Source: Vitrella brassicaformis CCMP3155 (taxonomy: Eukaryota; Protista; Chromerida). Taken from it: 64,000 bases of DNA. Each line of letters begins with the position of its first letter. The first letter of the stretch is position 1. The notes under the pieces are model-generated. The model saw nothing but the letters and a program-made list of their open reading frames with translations, did not search any database and was not told where the DNA came from. Both the position numbers and the translations under genes were made by a program. Positions 1-12,350 of the stretch are shown in pieces. The stretch covers positions 1 through 64,000 of the forward strand of contig CDMY01000553.1 in assembly GCA_001179505.1 (NCBI GenBank). The letters run 5' to 3'.

Positions 1-2351
1 ACGACGACTCGTTTGGCTTCGAGGACGTCGATGATGGGCATGCCGGCGAGGGGACCCGCCGCCTCCTTGGCCGACGGATTCACCGTGTCGTTGGCACCAA
101 TCACTGCCGAGGCACAGAGAGAGAGAGAGAGAGACATACACGAGCAGATGTGTATGTGTGTGTGTATGTGTGTGTGTGTGTGGTCGCGCTGACTGACCGA
201 GAGCGATGTCGACGGGGTTTTGTGAATCAGCGAGTATGGCGTTGATGTCGTCTATCTCCTTGACGGCCTCGTAGGGCACGCCGGCCTCGGCCAGTATCAC
301 GTTCATCTGTCCCGGCATGCGGCCCGCCACTGGGTGGATGCCGAACAACACCTCCAGGCCGTGCGCAGTCAACAGCTCGTACACCTACATCACAAATCGA
401 TGGAAAAATGGACACACACAGATGGATGGATGGATGGATGGATGGCGGGCGTCTGTCTCATGTGGGTGGCGTGGTGTGCACAGCACACTGACTGACCTCT
501 CCGACGGTGGCTGCTGCGCGTGCGGCCGCCATTCCGTAGCCCGGCACGATCACGATGCGCTTGGCGTCGGCGGCGACGAGCAATTCGGCCACCTCGTTGG
601 CTGTCGTCTCGAGCACCATCCCCTCTGCCGCCACGTCGGCCGCTCCGCCCTCCGCACCGAAGCCGCCCACGATCACACTGATGAACGAACTGCACACACA
701 CACACACAGACATGCACACAGACATACAGAGATGTGTGTTGGTTGTGTATGTGTGTGTGGGGTGGTGGTCAGAGGGGCCACACACTGACCGACCGGTTCA
801 TGTTTTTGCACATGACGTATGAGAGGATGGCGCCGGACGATCCGATGAGTGCCCCAGTGATGATCAGCAGATTGTTGTCCAGCATCCTGTTCGTTCCCCA
901 CACACCACACCACACACATTTCTGATGTCTGTCGACATGTGTGTGGTGTGTCTCTCCCCCCTCCCTCCTCCCTCTCTGTGTCTTTGTGTCTTTGTGTGTG
1001 TTAGTTACCATCCGAGTGCGGCGATTGCGAATCCGCTGTATGAGTTGAGCATGGAGATGACCACAGGCATGTCGGCGGCCCCAATGCCCATGACCAGCAG
1101 AAACCCAAACACGACCGAGAAGACCGCATTCAGCACCAGCGTCATCAGGTTGACCTCGAAGTCCACCGACGTCGCAAAGGCCACGCCCAGCCCGGCGATG
1201 AGCAGCAGCATCAGGGCGTTGGTGGCGTGGCGGAATGCTGTCCGCCCGAAGGACAGAGGGGCCGAGGGCAGCAGGTCCGTCAGCTTCCCGCAAGCCACCA
1301 CACTGCCAGCGAACGTCACGGCCGCGATGAACTCGCCAATGTAGGTCTCCAACTTGTGACTGACAGACAGACAGACGGACAGAAAGAAATGTCAACACAG
1401 ACACTCATCGATGGTCTGATGGATGGACAGGCTTACTTACGCGAGGTGTTCTGTCTTGATGTCGAGTTCAGGTCCAAGGAGGTTGCCGAAGGCCACGAGC
1501 ATGGCCGCGAGGCCGACGGTGGCGTGCAGTCCGGCAATGAGCTGTGGCGTCTGGGTCATCTGTGTGCGCCTGGAGAGCAAGACGCCTCCCGCGAAGCCAG
1601 GCAGGGCCAGGAGGAAGAAGAGGACGTATTGGCCGCCGAAGCCGATCTCGGTGAAGGTGACGAGGATTGCGGCCGCCATGCCGACCATGCCGACGATGTT
1701 GCCGTGCATGGCCGTGGAGGGGTGACTGAGGCCGTACAGGGCCGCGATGAAACACACAGCCGAGAAGATGTACACCTGCAATCAAGCAAGCAACCGATGG
1801 AGTCAGTCCGACCCACAATGATCCATCCATCCATTCATTCATCCATCCATCCATTGCAATCAATGAGAGAGACTGACCGCCATGAGCAGTGAGGGCATCC
1901 GCGAGACGGCGATGGGCTGCACGGGTGGCATCTCCTCCTTTGGCGCTTCGCTCGACGGCGCACGACTGACACAGACACGGACACTGTGAGTGATGGCAAC
2001 TTGTGTCTCCGTTTGTTGTAGCTGGTCCCTCACGGGTGTGGTTTGACATGTTTGTGGTGCTTTGGGTGTCTCGGCGAGTTGACGGGGAAGTGCGTGTCTT
2101 CGTCAACGGCAGTCTTCAACGCTGGCATCACTCCCTGCAAATGTGCAGGCATCGAGACACGCAAACAGACACTCAATGAATGAATCACTGACTGTCGTGT
2201 CTCCTCTGAGTGGCTGACTGACGATGGTGGCCGGTTTCTCGACGAGACCGTCACCAGTATGCAGCGCGATCACCCGCAGCCTCGCCGTGGAGGCGATCAA
2301 GGTGACCAGGCATGACAGCAGCAGCACGAGCATTGCAATTGACTTGCCCAT
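1..2351 (-). CDS. NNT: NAD(P) transhydrogenase, beta-alpha fused type, copy A (5' part; runs off the left window edge)
   Basis: Spliced exons give a hydrophobic leader ([21 protein letters not shown]), dII helices [19 protein letters not shown]...[16 protein letters not shown] and [16 protein letters not shown], then dIII motifs [30 protein letters not shown] and [13 protein letters not shown] introns. Confidence 0.95.
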
Positions 2352-2689
2352 GCAGACCCACATTGCTTTGCAGAACAATGCGCTTGCTGTGCAAGACAGT
2401 CAAAGTCAATGCCGGTCAACAAGCCTCGATCTTCGATCCTCCGTACACAGATATCATACACATTCATGCAGACGTTTGATCGAAGCTCACACATATTGAA
2501 AAATGACGAGCACAGTGCGGCACTCGAGGAGGGATCTAGGGGGATTCGGATAGACAGGGAGGTTCAGACTGATGTGAGCGTGCAGATACGGTGTGCTGGA
2601 TGGATCGAATAACAGTCAATCGAATCTGCACGCTATATTCAGACAGAGTCAGTCGATCACACTCAAGGCACATTCACGATTCACTCTCA

Positions 2690-4710
2690 TCATTCAATGT
2701 CCATGTCATTCTCGCCCTGCACCGCGCTCGACAACTCTCGGCGAACCTCAGGAGTGATCTGACAGACAACAGGCATCGTGCAACACTCCAACGACGACAC
2801 TTTCAATGATGTCATCTTCACTCGCCGGACCTGATAGTGTGTGTGTGCCCGCATCACTTGCTTGAGCTTCTCACGGTGGTGGTCCTCCAACTCACCTGTC
2901 GCACACAGAGCCAACACTTCCACACACACACACACACACTCTCACACAGTTTGGCTTCTCCCATGTTTGTCGTAGCTCACATTTGTATCTCTGCGCGAAG
3001 ACGAGAAGCGATCTGTGCCACAGCACGGGGAGGGTGCGAGTGTCGCCGACGAAGGAATGGAAGTGGTCCACCACCTCATCCAGCGCCTTGTAGGGCAGGG
3101 CGTACTTCTTGTTGAGCAGCACCGTGATGAAATAGCTCGTCGTGCCGTACCTGACACAACACGCACACACACGCAAAAAAGCCATCCATCAGTCCCTATG
3201 CGTCAAATGAACTGCCTACCATGGCCTCATGCGGCACAAGAGTGTGAGGGCAGCGGCAGAGTGGATGACGGGCATCGTCACCTTGGCCAAAATGCTCCCA
3301 ACTATCACCGCCTCGCGAAGTGTGCAGTTCTACACCACCGAGTAAACAGACATAAAGGATGGTGTGACTGGGTGGCCGGCGCCTGTGCCACTTGCTTTGC
3401 CGGCGCTTGTGCTTACGTCCTGTGCGAGCGGCAACAAGATGCCCTTGAACCACGCTGCTGGCTTGAACACAGCCTGCACAACACACAGACACACAGCAAG
3501 CCAGGAATGCGACGAGATTCGCTTATCCCCTTCCCTCTCTGGTACATTTGGCATTTGTGACCTTTTTGAGCGCCTCGTAGTAGTGGAAGTTGAGTCGCCT
3601 GTTGGCCTGTATGTCCTCCCTGACGGCCGGCAGCAGCACCAGGTTGTAGAAGCGCTGGGCCATGGCCGGCGTCATGTTGGAGGCGAAGATCTTGGTGGCG
3701 GCGAACATGGCGCTGGGCGACCAGTTGACGGGGTCCGTCAGGTAGATGAACTCCTCCCACGCCTTGAGACGAGGTATCACCTTGAACGCCTTCGGAAGCT
3801 TCCCAGACTTGTACTGGCTCATCCACTTGCCGATCGCCGTGTAGACCTCCACGGCCTTGGGCGGGATGCCAGAGGGGGTCTCCATCAACGCAGCCGCATT
3901 CATCATCGTCCCTTCCGGCGGTGCCGGCCTGTCTTTGTTGGCAGCCGGATCGTCGACAGCATGGCCGAATCGCTCGATCTCCTTCTCCCTGATCTTCTGC
4001 AAGATGAGCTCTGCTAGGGTGCGTGGCTCAGTGTCGGTGTCATCGCGTCCAGGTGCGGGGAGGAACACCTGCATGGCCCGCTCCTCCTCCTCGGTGACGG
4101 CATCGCCCATCACGTAGCCGTCCGCATCGCGGGCCACCGATGCCGTGTCGTCGAACCTGACCTCACTGGCTCCTTTGATGCGTGGCTGCTGCTTCTCCCT
4201 CTCCTTCTGCTTGAGCTTCTGCAGCGTCTGCTCCAGCCGCCGCACCCGCGCCCTCTTGCCTTTGGACAGGCTCTCCCTGTCGACGCCAGCTGATGCAGCA
4301 GCAGCAGCAGCGGGGGCGTCTTCCTCTTGGTCGCCCGCATCCGCCATGTCCGCCTCGTCGTCGTCCTCATCGACCCATTCATCCTCCCCATCTTGCTCGT
4401 CCTCGTCGTCCTTCTGCTCACGGGCTATCTTGAGGAGCTTGTCCGACAGCTTGACGGGCACATCTTCCTCCTGCTCAGGCGCCTGTCGCTGGTGCCTCTT
4501 GCTGGCCTTGTCGCGGGGCTGGACGCGCAGATGGCGGGTGGACTCGTCCTGGAGAAGGTCCGAGTGGAGGGGATTGTGACGCAGGGACGCATTCACGCGC
4601 TTCTTGTTCTCTGCCTTCGGCCTGACACGCAAGCACGGAAAACCATCAAAATCATGAGTTTCTTCATGCGGATCCTCCCTCTACATCTGTTCCACCTGCT
4701 GTGCTTACAT
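2690..4710 (-). CDS. BYSL: Bystin (Enp1), 40S biogenesis factor
   Basis: Exons encode [80 protein letters not shown] and LPVLWHRSLLVFAQRYK, ending ITPEVRRELSS...DIE*. Start codon AT|G is split by intron 4622-4708. Confidence 0.95.
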
Positions 4711-4787
4711 TGTCAGAGCAGTTCGACCTTTCTGTTTCGCAGCACCCTAGGCCACTTGCGAGCTTTGGGCATCCGTGGGTGAATTGG

Positions 4788-7364
4788 ATGATGTTTTCGA
4801 GTGTATTCAAGCCGTTGGCGTTCGAACTCCCAGTGCTGCGGGAGCTGCAGAACAGCCATCTGAAGCTCTTGCAGGATGCCGTGCTGCTGTTGAGCTACAT
4901 CCTGCTGTGGATTTTGTCGCTATGTCTGTTGTGGGTGCTGCCGATACCACGCTACCCCACTGTGGAGGACCGTGTGGAGTTGGCCTACTACGAGGTGGCC
5001 TGCTGGGTGCTCGGCACTGTCCTCTTTGTCGAGGTGCGGACCACTCACACACGCAGTGACACGGCACAGACACACACGGCGGGACGATATCTTATCTGCT
5101 TCTTTGGATGTGTGTGTGTCAGTTCTTTCCGATGTTGTTTTCGGTGTTGAATCTGCTCAAGTTTAGGGGTCACCGTCACCAGCACTTCAAGCTCAAGGTG
5201 TCGCTCATCATGTGCACCGTCGAGGGAGTCATCCTGTGCTCCTACATCCTACTCTCGAGGGACCTACTGCCCGTCCACATCGACCCAGTGACTGGTAGAG
5301 AAGGCACACTAGTCAGGCAGTGTGGCTGATTGAGAGAACGGATGGCTGGTTACTGATTCATTCTCTGTCTGCTGTCGTGTTTGTGTGTCGTGTTTGTCGA
5401 TCAGGTCGGGCGGTGTACAGCGCTCGTTTTATGGAGTGGACTGTGGCTGCCCCGATGCTGGTGTATCTGTCCGGCCGTTATGTGTTTGAGGTGCCCATGC
5501 GGCACGTCCTGCCCGCCATGATCATCACTGGAATGTACATGCAGGCGGGGCTCTGGTAAGAAAGAAAACACACACAGAGAAGCGCATTTGCGTAAGCTGA
5601 GCTGAGCTCCTCATACTCGTGTGTTGTGTTACAGGTCGGCTGTGAGCAGCCACTGGTTGCTTCGGTGGGGTTTGGAGGCTCTTAGCTACATTGGCTACTT
5701 CGCCGCCTCGTGGCTAATGCTCCAGTTTCTCAGATACCAGCACACGGGCGACACATACACCTACACACGGGCTAGGCGACCGAATGCCCTCCACCCATCA
5801 TCGCCCTCCAGCTCTTCAAGGCGGCCGTCGGACATGTCGTCATCCACAGAGCTGCGTCAGAGGCGGCCCAGGACCGACAGCAGCCAGAGTGCTGAGCGGG
5901 ACGCCCCTCCAGATGGGCTGCAGGAGCCGGTGGTGACTCATTATCCTGACGTCCGTCGGCCGCAAATGCGGGCGTGGCAGCAGGTCATGTTTGGGTGGAC
6001 GCTGCTGGCTGGTGGGCTGGGCATCATCTCGCCCACCACGGGGGCCATGGTGGCCGACATGAACGGACAGACCGCCGAACGAACAACTATCGGCGCAGAC
6101 GGACGATCGGGTAAGAAAGGAAAGCACAGAAGACCCTGTCTGTCCCAATGCCAGCATATATACTCACGTGTAACGTTTGATGTGTGGTTTCTTGTCTGCA
6201 GCCCCTGTACGTCGCTTTCTATTGTATTTTAACGTGATTTGGTGGGGGCTATACGGCGTGTGGTTCCACCTGGCCCACGTGGGTGCTCTGCCCGGCTGGG
6301 CGGAGCAGCTGGCGTACACCTTCATGGACAGTGGCGCCAAGACGATGCTGACCATCTGCCTCATCTCACTGCGGAGCTACGAATTCGAAGTCGCCATCAC
6401 CCAGGCCAGACAAGAGGTGTCGAAAGACAGACACAACAGACATCCACATGCGCGTCAACGCGAGGTGTGGTGTTTCTGTGTTCGTGCGTCATTTTAGGCT
6501 GAGCGCAACAGAGTCGAGTACGAATTCGATAGGCGGCTGCAGCTGCTCAAGGTCCAGCTGCGGCACGAGATCATCTCGAGAACACTCCTACAATACGAGG
6601 AGCGAGAGCGACTCGCAGCCGAGAGAGCAGCCGCCGAGGCTGCACAGCAACAGCCAGCCATCCAGCCCCCTTCCAGCCAGGCGATACCAGCCGCACCGAC
6701 CGCCTCCCGCTCTTGCTGCCAGGAGGAGGGCGGCGGTGTCTGGACGCCCGCCACAGTGCCCGTGTCGGTTCGTGATGTCCCACAATTGGCTGGCCGGCCG
6801 TCGCTGAGGCGTCTGCTGGAAGAGGGGATTGATCCTGTTCCCGCCCTCCAGGGCCACTGGTACAGCTTGGAGGGCAATGAGGGCCAGACGACGGACAAAC
6901 CAGACCCCCCGCAGGAAGGGCCGGCTCATGGCCCACCTCCCCAGCACTCTGCGCCCGCACCACTGTCTCGCTTAGAGGTCAAGCGTCGCTCGCTCAGTGA
7001 CCCCGGCCTCTCAGCCGTCCTCGCTGGTGGCCTTCCTCGCTCCCCCCTCCCCACAGAGATTGCGACCATGCCGAGTCCGGTCATCAGTGCCTGTGCCCCT
7101 CCCGAGCTGCCGTCCGACATCCCTCCAAGTATGTCATCGAGCAATAATGGTGGGCGGTGGCGGCACTACAGCCGTGGGATGGACGAGGCCGAGTTGTCTG
7201 ATGACGAGGAAGATGGGGAGAGCGATGGCGACGAGGGTTTGGATTGGATGGACGATTGTCACCTTCAGGAGGAGATAGAGGTGGAGTGGCTCACAGCCAC
7301 GCCAAACGCATCACCGTGCGGCCTCCCAGGAAAGGCGGCGGGAGGGGCACTAACTACTAACTAG
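4788..7364 (+). CDS. Microbial (type-1) rhodopsin with an extra N-terminal helix, long E-F loop and C-terminal coiled coil; 708 aa
   Basis: Exons 4788-5033, 5123-5294, 5405-5555, 5635-6110, 6202-6416 and 6498-7364 join in frame (2127 nt). Helix C motif ARFMEWTVAAP and helix G motif YTFMDSGAK (Lys codon 6339-6341). Eight hydrophobic segments aside from the loop insertion. Confidence 0.85.
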
Positions 7365-8743
7365 CAAGGGGCTGACGAGAGGCCATGCGGTCGTGATGAG
7401 TTTTGAGTGGATGACCATGTGTGCGGTCGTGCACACACTGGGTGAACTGACATGGGGAGGGAGGATCAATTATCTCTGAGTGTGTGTGTGTGTGTGTCGC
7501 TGCTGTGTGTCATGGATGTTGGCCGTGGCTCTTTTTCATCCATGATGAGGGGCTCTTTTTCCCTGCGAGCGCTATAGCCGCGGGCCGACTCTGTGTGTGT
7601 GTGTGTGTGTCTGTGAGATGGGCGAATGGATAACGATAAGGACCAATGCTGCTGCGTGCATAGACATGCATCCATGTCTCGGGAACATAGTTTTTGCGTC
7701 GGCCGCTCTGTTTGCGAGAGCACATACACAGATGGGACCGACATAGCCGGGACAGACGAAGACGCCGCCTCACGGTTGGCTGGCTGGCTGGCTGGCTGTC
7801 ACAGCGCACTTGCTGCGGTTTAAATGGAATGACTCACTCACTACTGCGAAGAGGGGAGAAGACATTCATAGCTGTGATGATGGCATTAGCCACGTGCCTG
7901 TCAACTTGCTGCCCGCCCGCCTGCCTTGCTTCTATCTACCTCTCTATCTGTCTTGGGGATGCGTGGCTGTCGTGTGGTGAGTTGCTGCTCTGTTGTGCTG
8001 ATTGTTGTTGTGGGCTCACTCCCCGGAGCATGAGCGACACACTAATGGGATGAGACGATGGGGTAACGGATTGGCTGACTCCGCTCACTGATCCCGATTC
8101 TGTACAGCGGTGTCGCTTGTTCCCGCTGTTCTCTCCCCCTCGCGCCTCTCGTTGTGCCCTTCCACACATGAAGGTCTACCGCACTCATCAGCTACGGTTG
8201 AGTTCGGCAGTTCGCCATGTGTTGGCGAGCTGACGGGGGGCAGAGGCGGGGAACACAGCTTATACCAGGGGACATCACGTGACTGATGGTCCAACTGACT
8301 GTTGTGCGATGCGATGCTCATCCTTGCTTTGGGCCGTTCATCTGGTGGCCGTGTGAGGGTGCGTCACGCCACATGTCTGACTGTCTGTCTGTCTTTTTCA
8401 TCACCCCTATTGGGAGACATCCGTCCCCGACCCACTCGTCCATGTGCATGGGGGAAGATTGAGATGCGTGCAGTGCCTGTGCGTGAGGTGCCTGCCTGCT
8501 GATGAGAGGGAGAATTTCTGGTCAGTGCGTGGTGGGAGTAGAGAGTCACTACTTGTCGTGTGTGGTGATGACATTCATCTGTCGTGTGCCGTACTCTGCT
8601 TTGCGGCGCCAAGCTTCACGTCACAAGACGACGTTGAAGGTCCAAAGCACTTTCGGTGAGAGCATAAACAGTCGTATGTATCACATCACAAGTCACGAAG
8701 GCGCATCCCCCATCCCCTCCACCGCAGAGCCGCCTACAGCTGC

Positions 8744-9203
8744 TCAGTCGTCACCCTTCCCTGATGCATCCATACACAGGCAGCACCTCGCCGGCAAGTG
8801 TGGCAAAGGAAGGCCCTCTATGTCCCGTGTGTGATGTGAGAGTGTGTGGTCAGCGCACCTTCCGCCTTTTGTAGCATCCCCTTCTTCGCAAACCGCTGAT
8901 TGCGAAGGAACTTGGGACACATCTGACACAGCGCATGACAACACCAGTGAGTGAGGCAACAGCGACTGTAGGCCGAGTTGAAACCGGATCTCTCCTGTCG
9001 TGGGGTGTCGTGTGTTTGTGCGTGCCTCACCCCCTTTGTGGACATCTTCTTTTGGCGCTTGGCCTTGTGGATGCCGTTCTTGTGATCTTTCTTGTTCTGA
9101 TGAGCGGCACGCGCGGGCACAAAACGAGATGGTGGCAGATTCCTCTCGGATCTCGCTTTTTTCTCACCTGATTATGGTTGGTGTGGTTCTTTGACTTCGC
9201 CAT
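8744..9203 (-). CDS. RPL29: 60S ribosomal protein L29 (eL29)
   Basis: Exons: MAKSKNHTNHNQ / NKKDHKNGIHKAKRQKKMSTKG / MCPKFLRNQRFAKKG.... The last micro-exon (GKGDD*) is tentative. Confidence 0.95.
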
Positions 9204-9263
9204 GGCTGCTACGGCGAGGGAGGAGCCACTTCGTGAATTGCGAGCTGAAACCCCAAATCTTGT

Positions 9264-9276
9264 CAGGGTTTAGGGT
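9264..9276. promoter_or_regulatory. Telo-box-like motif (CAGGGTTTAGGGT) upstream of RPL29
   Basis: Lies 60 nt upstream of the RPL29 ATG; similar tracts occur at 11253-11285, 30967-31005 and 56303-56324. Confidence 0.4.
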
Positions 9277-9757
9277 CCATACCCTACCATGTGTGGGGGT
9301 CAATGAAAGCTGTGCAGAACCTATTCTGTCTATCGTACAACCGCCGTCGCCTCATTGATGCGATCCGTGGGCGGTGCTGTCTGTCGAACATACCTGCATG
9401 CAATGGTTCATCTATACACATATATGAAGTGTCCATCGACCGACGTGTCAATCCATGCATGCATCATGCACCAGCTAGAGTCCCCCTGTCGCCCTCACAC
9501 CACACGCCACGCCAGCCACCATGGACTCACAGGCCAATCAACTGAGGCACACACATGTGTATATGTGTGTATGCCCAGACTACCCTCACACCCGTGTCGT
9601 TCATACCCTCCCTCCCCCATTCACCAGTCCCTTCCCACCAGGCGTCGCGTCACCTCACCTCGCCCACCTACATAGAGCACAGCACCCACAACACACACAC
9701 ACACCCAACACAGAGAGATCGATGGAGCACCCATTTCACCCCGACACTCACCCACCT

Positions 9758-11177
9758 TTATTGCCTAGTTGCCTCTTTCTGGTTGACCACCATGTTTGCT
9801 ATGGCATCCCTCAGGGGGCCGCGCACCACAGTCGCGGTGGTGGGCCGGCGGTCCTTGAAGGCATCCGATGGATCTCCCACTGGCGGCTCGGTGGTGCCGA
9901 CACCCACACCCACTGCACTCAGCGATACAGCACACGTCAACAATAGATCAATCAGCAAAGGATCTCTTATCCGCTCCTCACCCATGGTCGTATTGGCGTT
10001 TGCGACCAGAACGATCGATGCGACGAATGGGCTTTCGAAAGGCGTCAGCAGCAGATGCCGAATCCCTACAGGGAGATCCCTATCGTCCAACCTACTCGCC
10101 ACGACGGCGGTGCATCGGTTGGGGGGCTGGTGGGGCGAGTGGGTCAGGAGGCCGTCCAGCACACCACCGTGGGCATGCCTGAAGAAAACAGAGGGAAGCG
10201 GCCGTCATGGGTCGTTGTGTGTCTGTCTGATTGTGGTGTTTCCTGCGTACCGGTTCACGGCAACGCAAGGCGTCGGCGTCCACCCTTCATTGGCCAATGG
10301 AGGGATCATGATGGTATCCATGATGAACGCCGACGTCGAGGCAAGAGTGCGCACCTCACCACCGGCCGTCCTGCTGTCCCCTGCCGATGGATTGAGGATC
10401 TGAACGGGCGGGTTGTCGTCGATGATGTGAGTGTGGTATGGGTGGGCGGGGGGGAGGGGGGGGTTGATGTCCAGCTCAAAGCCCGGCTCGTCCTTGATGG
10501 CACGCACACCGCCGCCCGGCTGGTCGAACAGCTCAAAACGGCCGTAGCTGCCGCCGAAGTTGACGTGTCTGCCGACCATCTTCCACAACGCAATCACACG
10601 CACATCCGCCAAATACGCCTACACAGACAGACAGACAGACAGACAGACCGATGAGTGCCACCCACCCACCCGCCCCGCGCTCATCTGCCCACCTGTTTGC
10701 TATCGTGCCGCTGCAGGTCGGCCACAGCCAGTGTGATGGGCAGCTGACAGTAGCCCCTCTGCACCGCCAATTTCAGCGCATTGGTCACCTCGGTCCACTG
10801 CTGCGTGTCCACCAGCCAGATGGCCTTCAGCAGCAGAGGCCGGTCAAGCTGAGCGTCGAAGGCGATGATGGCGTGCAGTCCCTTGGCCGCCAGGCAGCGA
10901 TTGAGTCGGTTGCTCAGGACGGCGGCCGAGAAGTCGACTTCCTAGAGGAAGTGCGCCGTGGCTCTGAGGCTGCCGACCTCCGACCGGCTGCACACACACA
11001 CAGATAGCCAACACACACAGACACACACAGCTGTCAATTGCCGCTCTCCCTCCCTCATGTCATTTCTGTGTGGTTTGCATACGTGTGGAGGGCATCTCTG
11101 TCGTCTTTGTGAAGAAAATCCAGCGTGTGTTCGTCGATAACGGCACCATGGCGGTCCGCAGTGTGGTTGTTGCCCAT
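9758..11177 (-). pseudogene. Lineage-specific uncharacterised family, copy 1; in-frame TAG
   Basis: Inverted paralog of 25178-26988 with the same intron positions. The codon that is TGG (Trp) in copy 2 reads TAG at 10942-10944. Confidence 0.7.
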
Positions 11178-11323
11178 CTTGCCCTCTCTACGCAGGGCCG
11201 ATCAACTTCATGCCATGGATGAAAGCCAGCTGTTCCATGGGATCTCCAACTCAAGGGTTAGGGTTGGGGTGAAGGGTTGGGGTTTGAGCCAAAGATCGCC
11301 ATTCGCTTCCTTCCCCCGCCATC

Positions 11324-12350
11324 ATGAAGGACGACGGCCTCCGCCACACGAGCGCCTCTATCGAGCCCCTGGCTATGCAGCTGGACGCACCGCAATCAGC
11401 CCGCCCGCGATGCAGAAGTGACCAGCATCAGCACTCACACAAGGCCCCATCATCTCCGGGCAGGACCGCAAGGCGCAGGCAGAGGAGCGGAGGAAACAGT
11501 TCAATGCAGGTATGTCATCACCGACCATGCAGCACAATGAATAAATGGCGGTGGGTGCAATGTCTGTGTTGCAGTGTGTGCTGCCGAGGTCGATGCCTAC
11601 TCGTCTTACTGCAGGCTCAAGCGTGTCCAGAAGAAGAGTCGGTGCTCCACCTCCGGGCACTCCAAGAATGAGTGGCTGGCAGGCATTGTGCCGAGCGAGC
11701 TGCGGAAGAGCTCCTGGCGGCAACTGACGAAGGACCAGGTGGCGCGGGGCTGATCATGATGGCCTACGTGTCGGTGCTGGTGGAGATTGTGGAGCTGGCG
11801 TCGACACTCGTGGCAAACGAGGCGGGGATGCTGATGGTGACTGTCGTGTACATCTTCTGGTTCGTCTACTCCCTGGTGACGACCATTGACTGGCTCACGC
11901 TGCCATCAGGGGAGGGGCCGACCATCATTTACCCCCTCGGCAACCTGGGGGCCATCTGCGGGTGGGTTGCAAAGCAATGGATGGATGCCACAGGCACACA
12001 GGGGTGCTTTGGTTCTGGTTTGGTCGGTGTGCAGGTATCCTCTGTGGTCGTTGTGGGCGTTATCGCTTCGGTTCTCTGTGGGGACATCAGAGATGGAGTG
12101 CAGCCTGGCTCATCCTCCTCGAGAGCGAGATAGAGTTCTTGCCGCCATGGTGGAGGCTACACAACTACCCAACCATAGCGCGTATTCTCCTCTTCACTGG
12201 TGAGAGAGAGAGGGAGGGAGGGAGGTGCATCCGTTTGAGGATTGTTTTCACTTTTTCCTTGCTTCAGGGATCGTGTCGATGAGTGTCAACGCCCTCATCT
12301 TCAATCTGGACGACCAGGGGCTCATGAACGACCATCATACGTCTGACCAG
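11324..12350 (+). CDS. Putative multi-exon membrane protein of unknown function (model uncertain, near a gap)
   Basis: GT-AG-flanked blocks with hydrophobic translations (AYVSVLVEIVEL...VYIFWFVYSLV; YPTIARILLFTG/IVSMSVNALIFNL). Reading frames across exons are ambiguous. Confidence 0.35.

Noticed and set aside
3523-4632. ORF-track start of bystin at TTG 4632
   Set aside because: It lies inside the intron; splicing yields ATG-CCG-AAG (MPK).
6498-7364. Enzyme or bestrophin domain fused to the rhodopsin
   Set aside because: No cyclase, PDE, HATPase, receiver or bestrophin motifs; the exon is open to a stop codon and mostly low-complexity.
7420-8740. Short ORFs between the rhodopsin and RPL29
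   Set aside because: No consistent exon chain or recognisable motif.
11669-11671. TGA between two same-frame ORFs as selenocysteine readthrough
   Set aside because: A likely intron at about 11510-11574 changes the frame, and no selenoprotein motif or SECIS was recognised.
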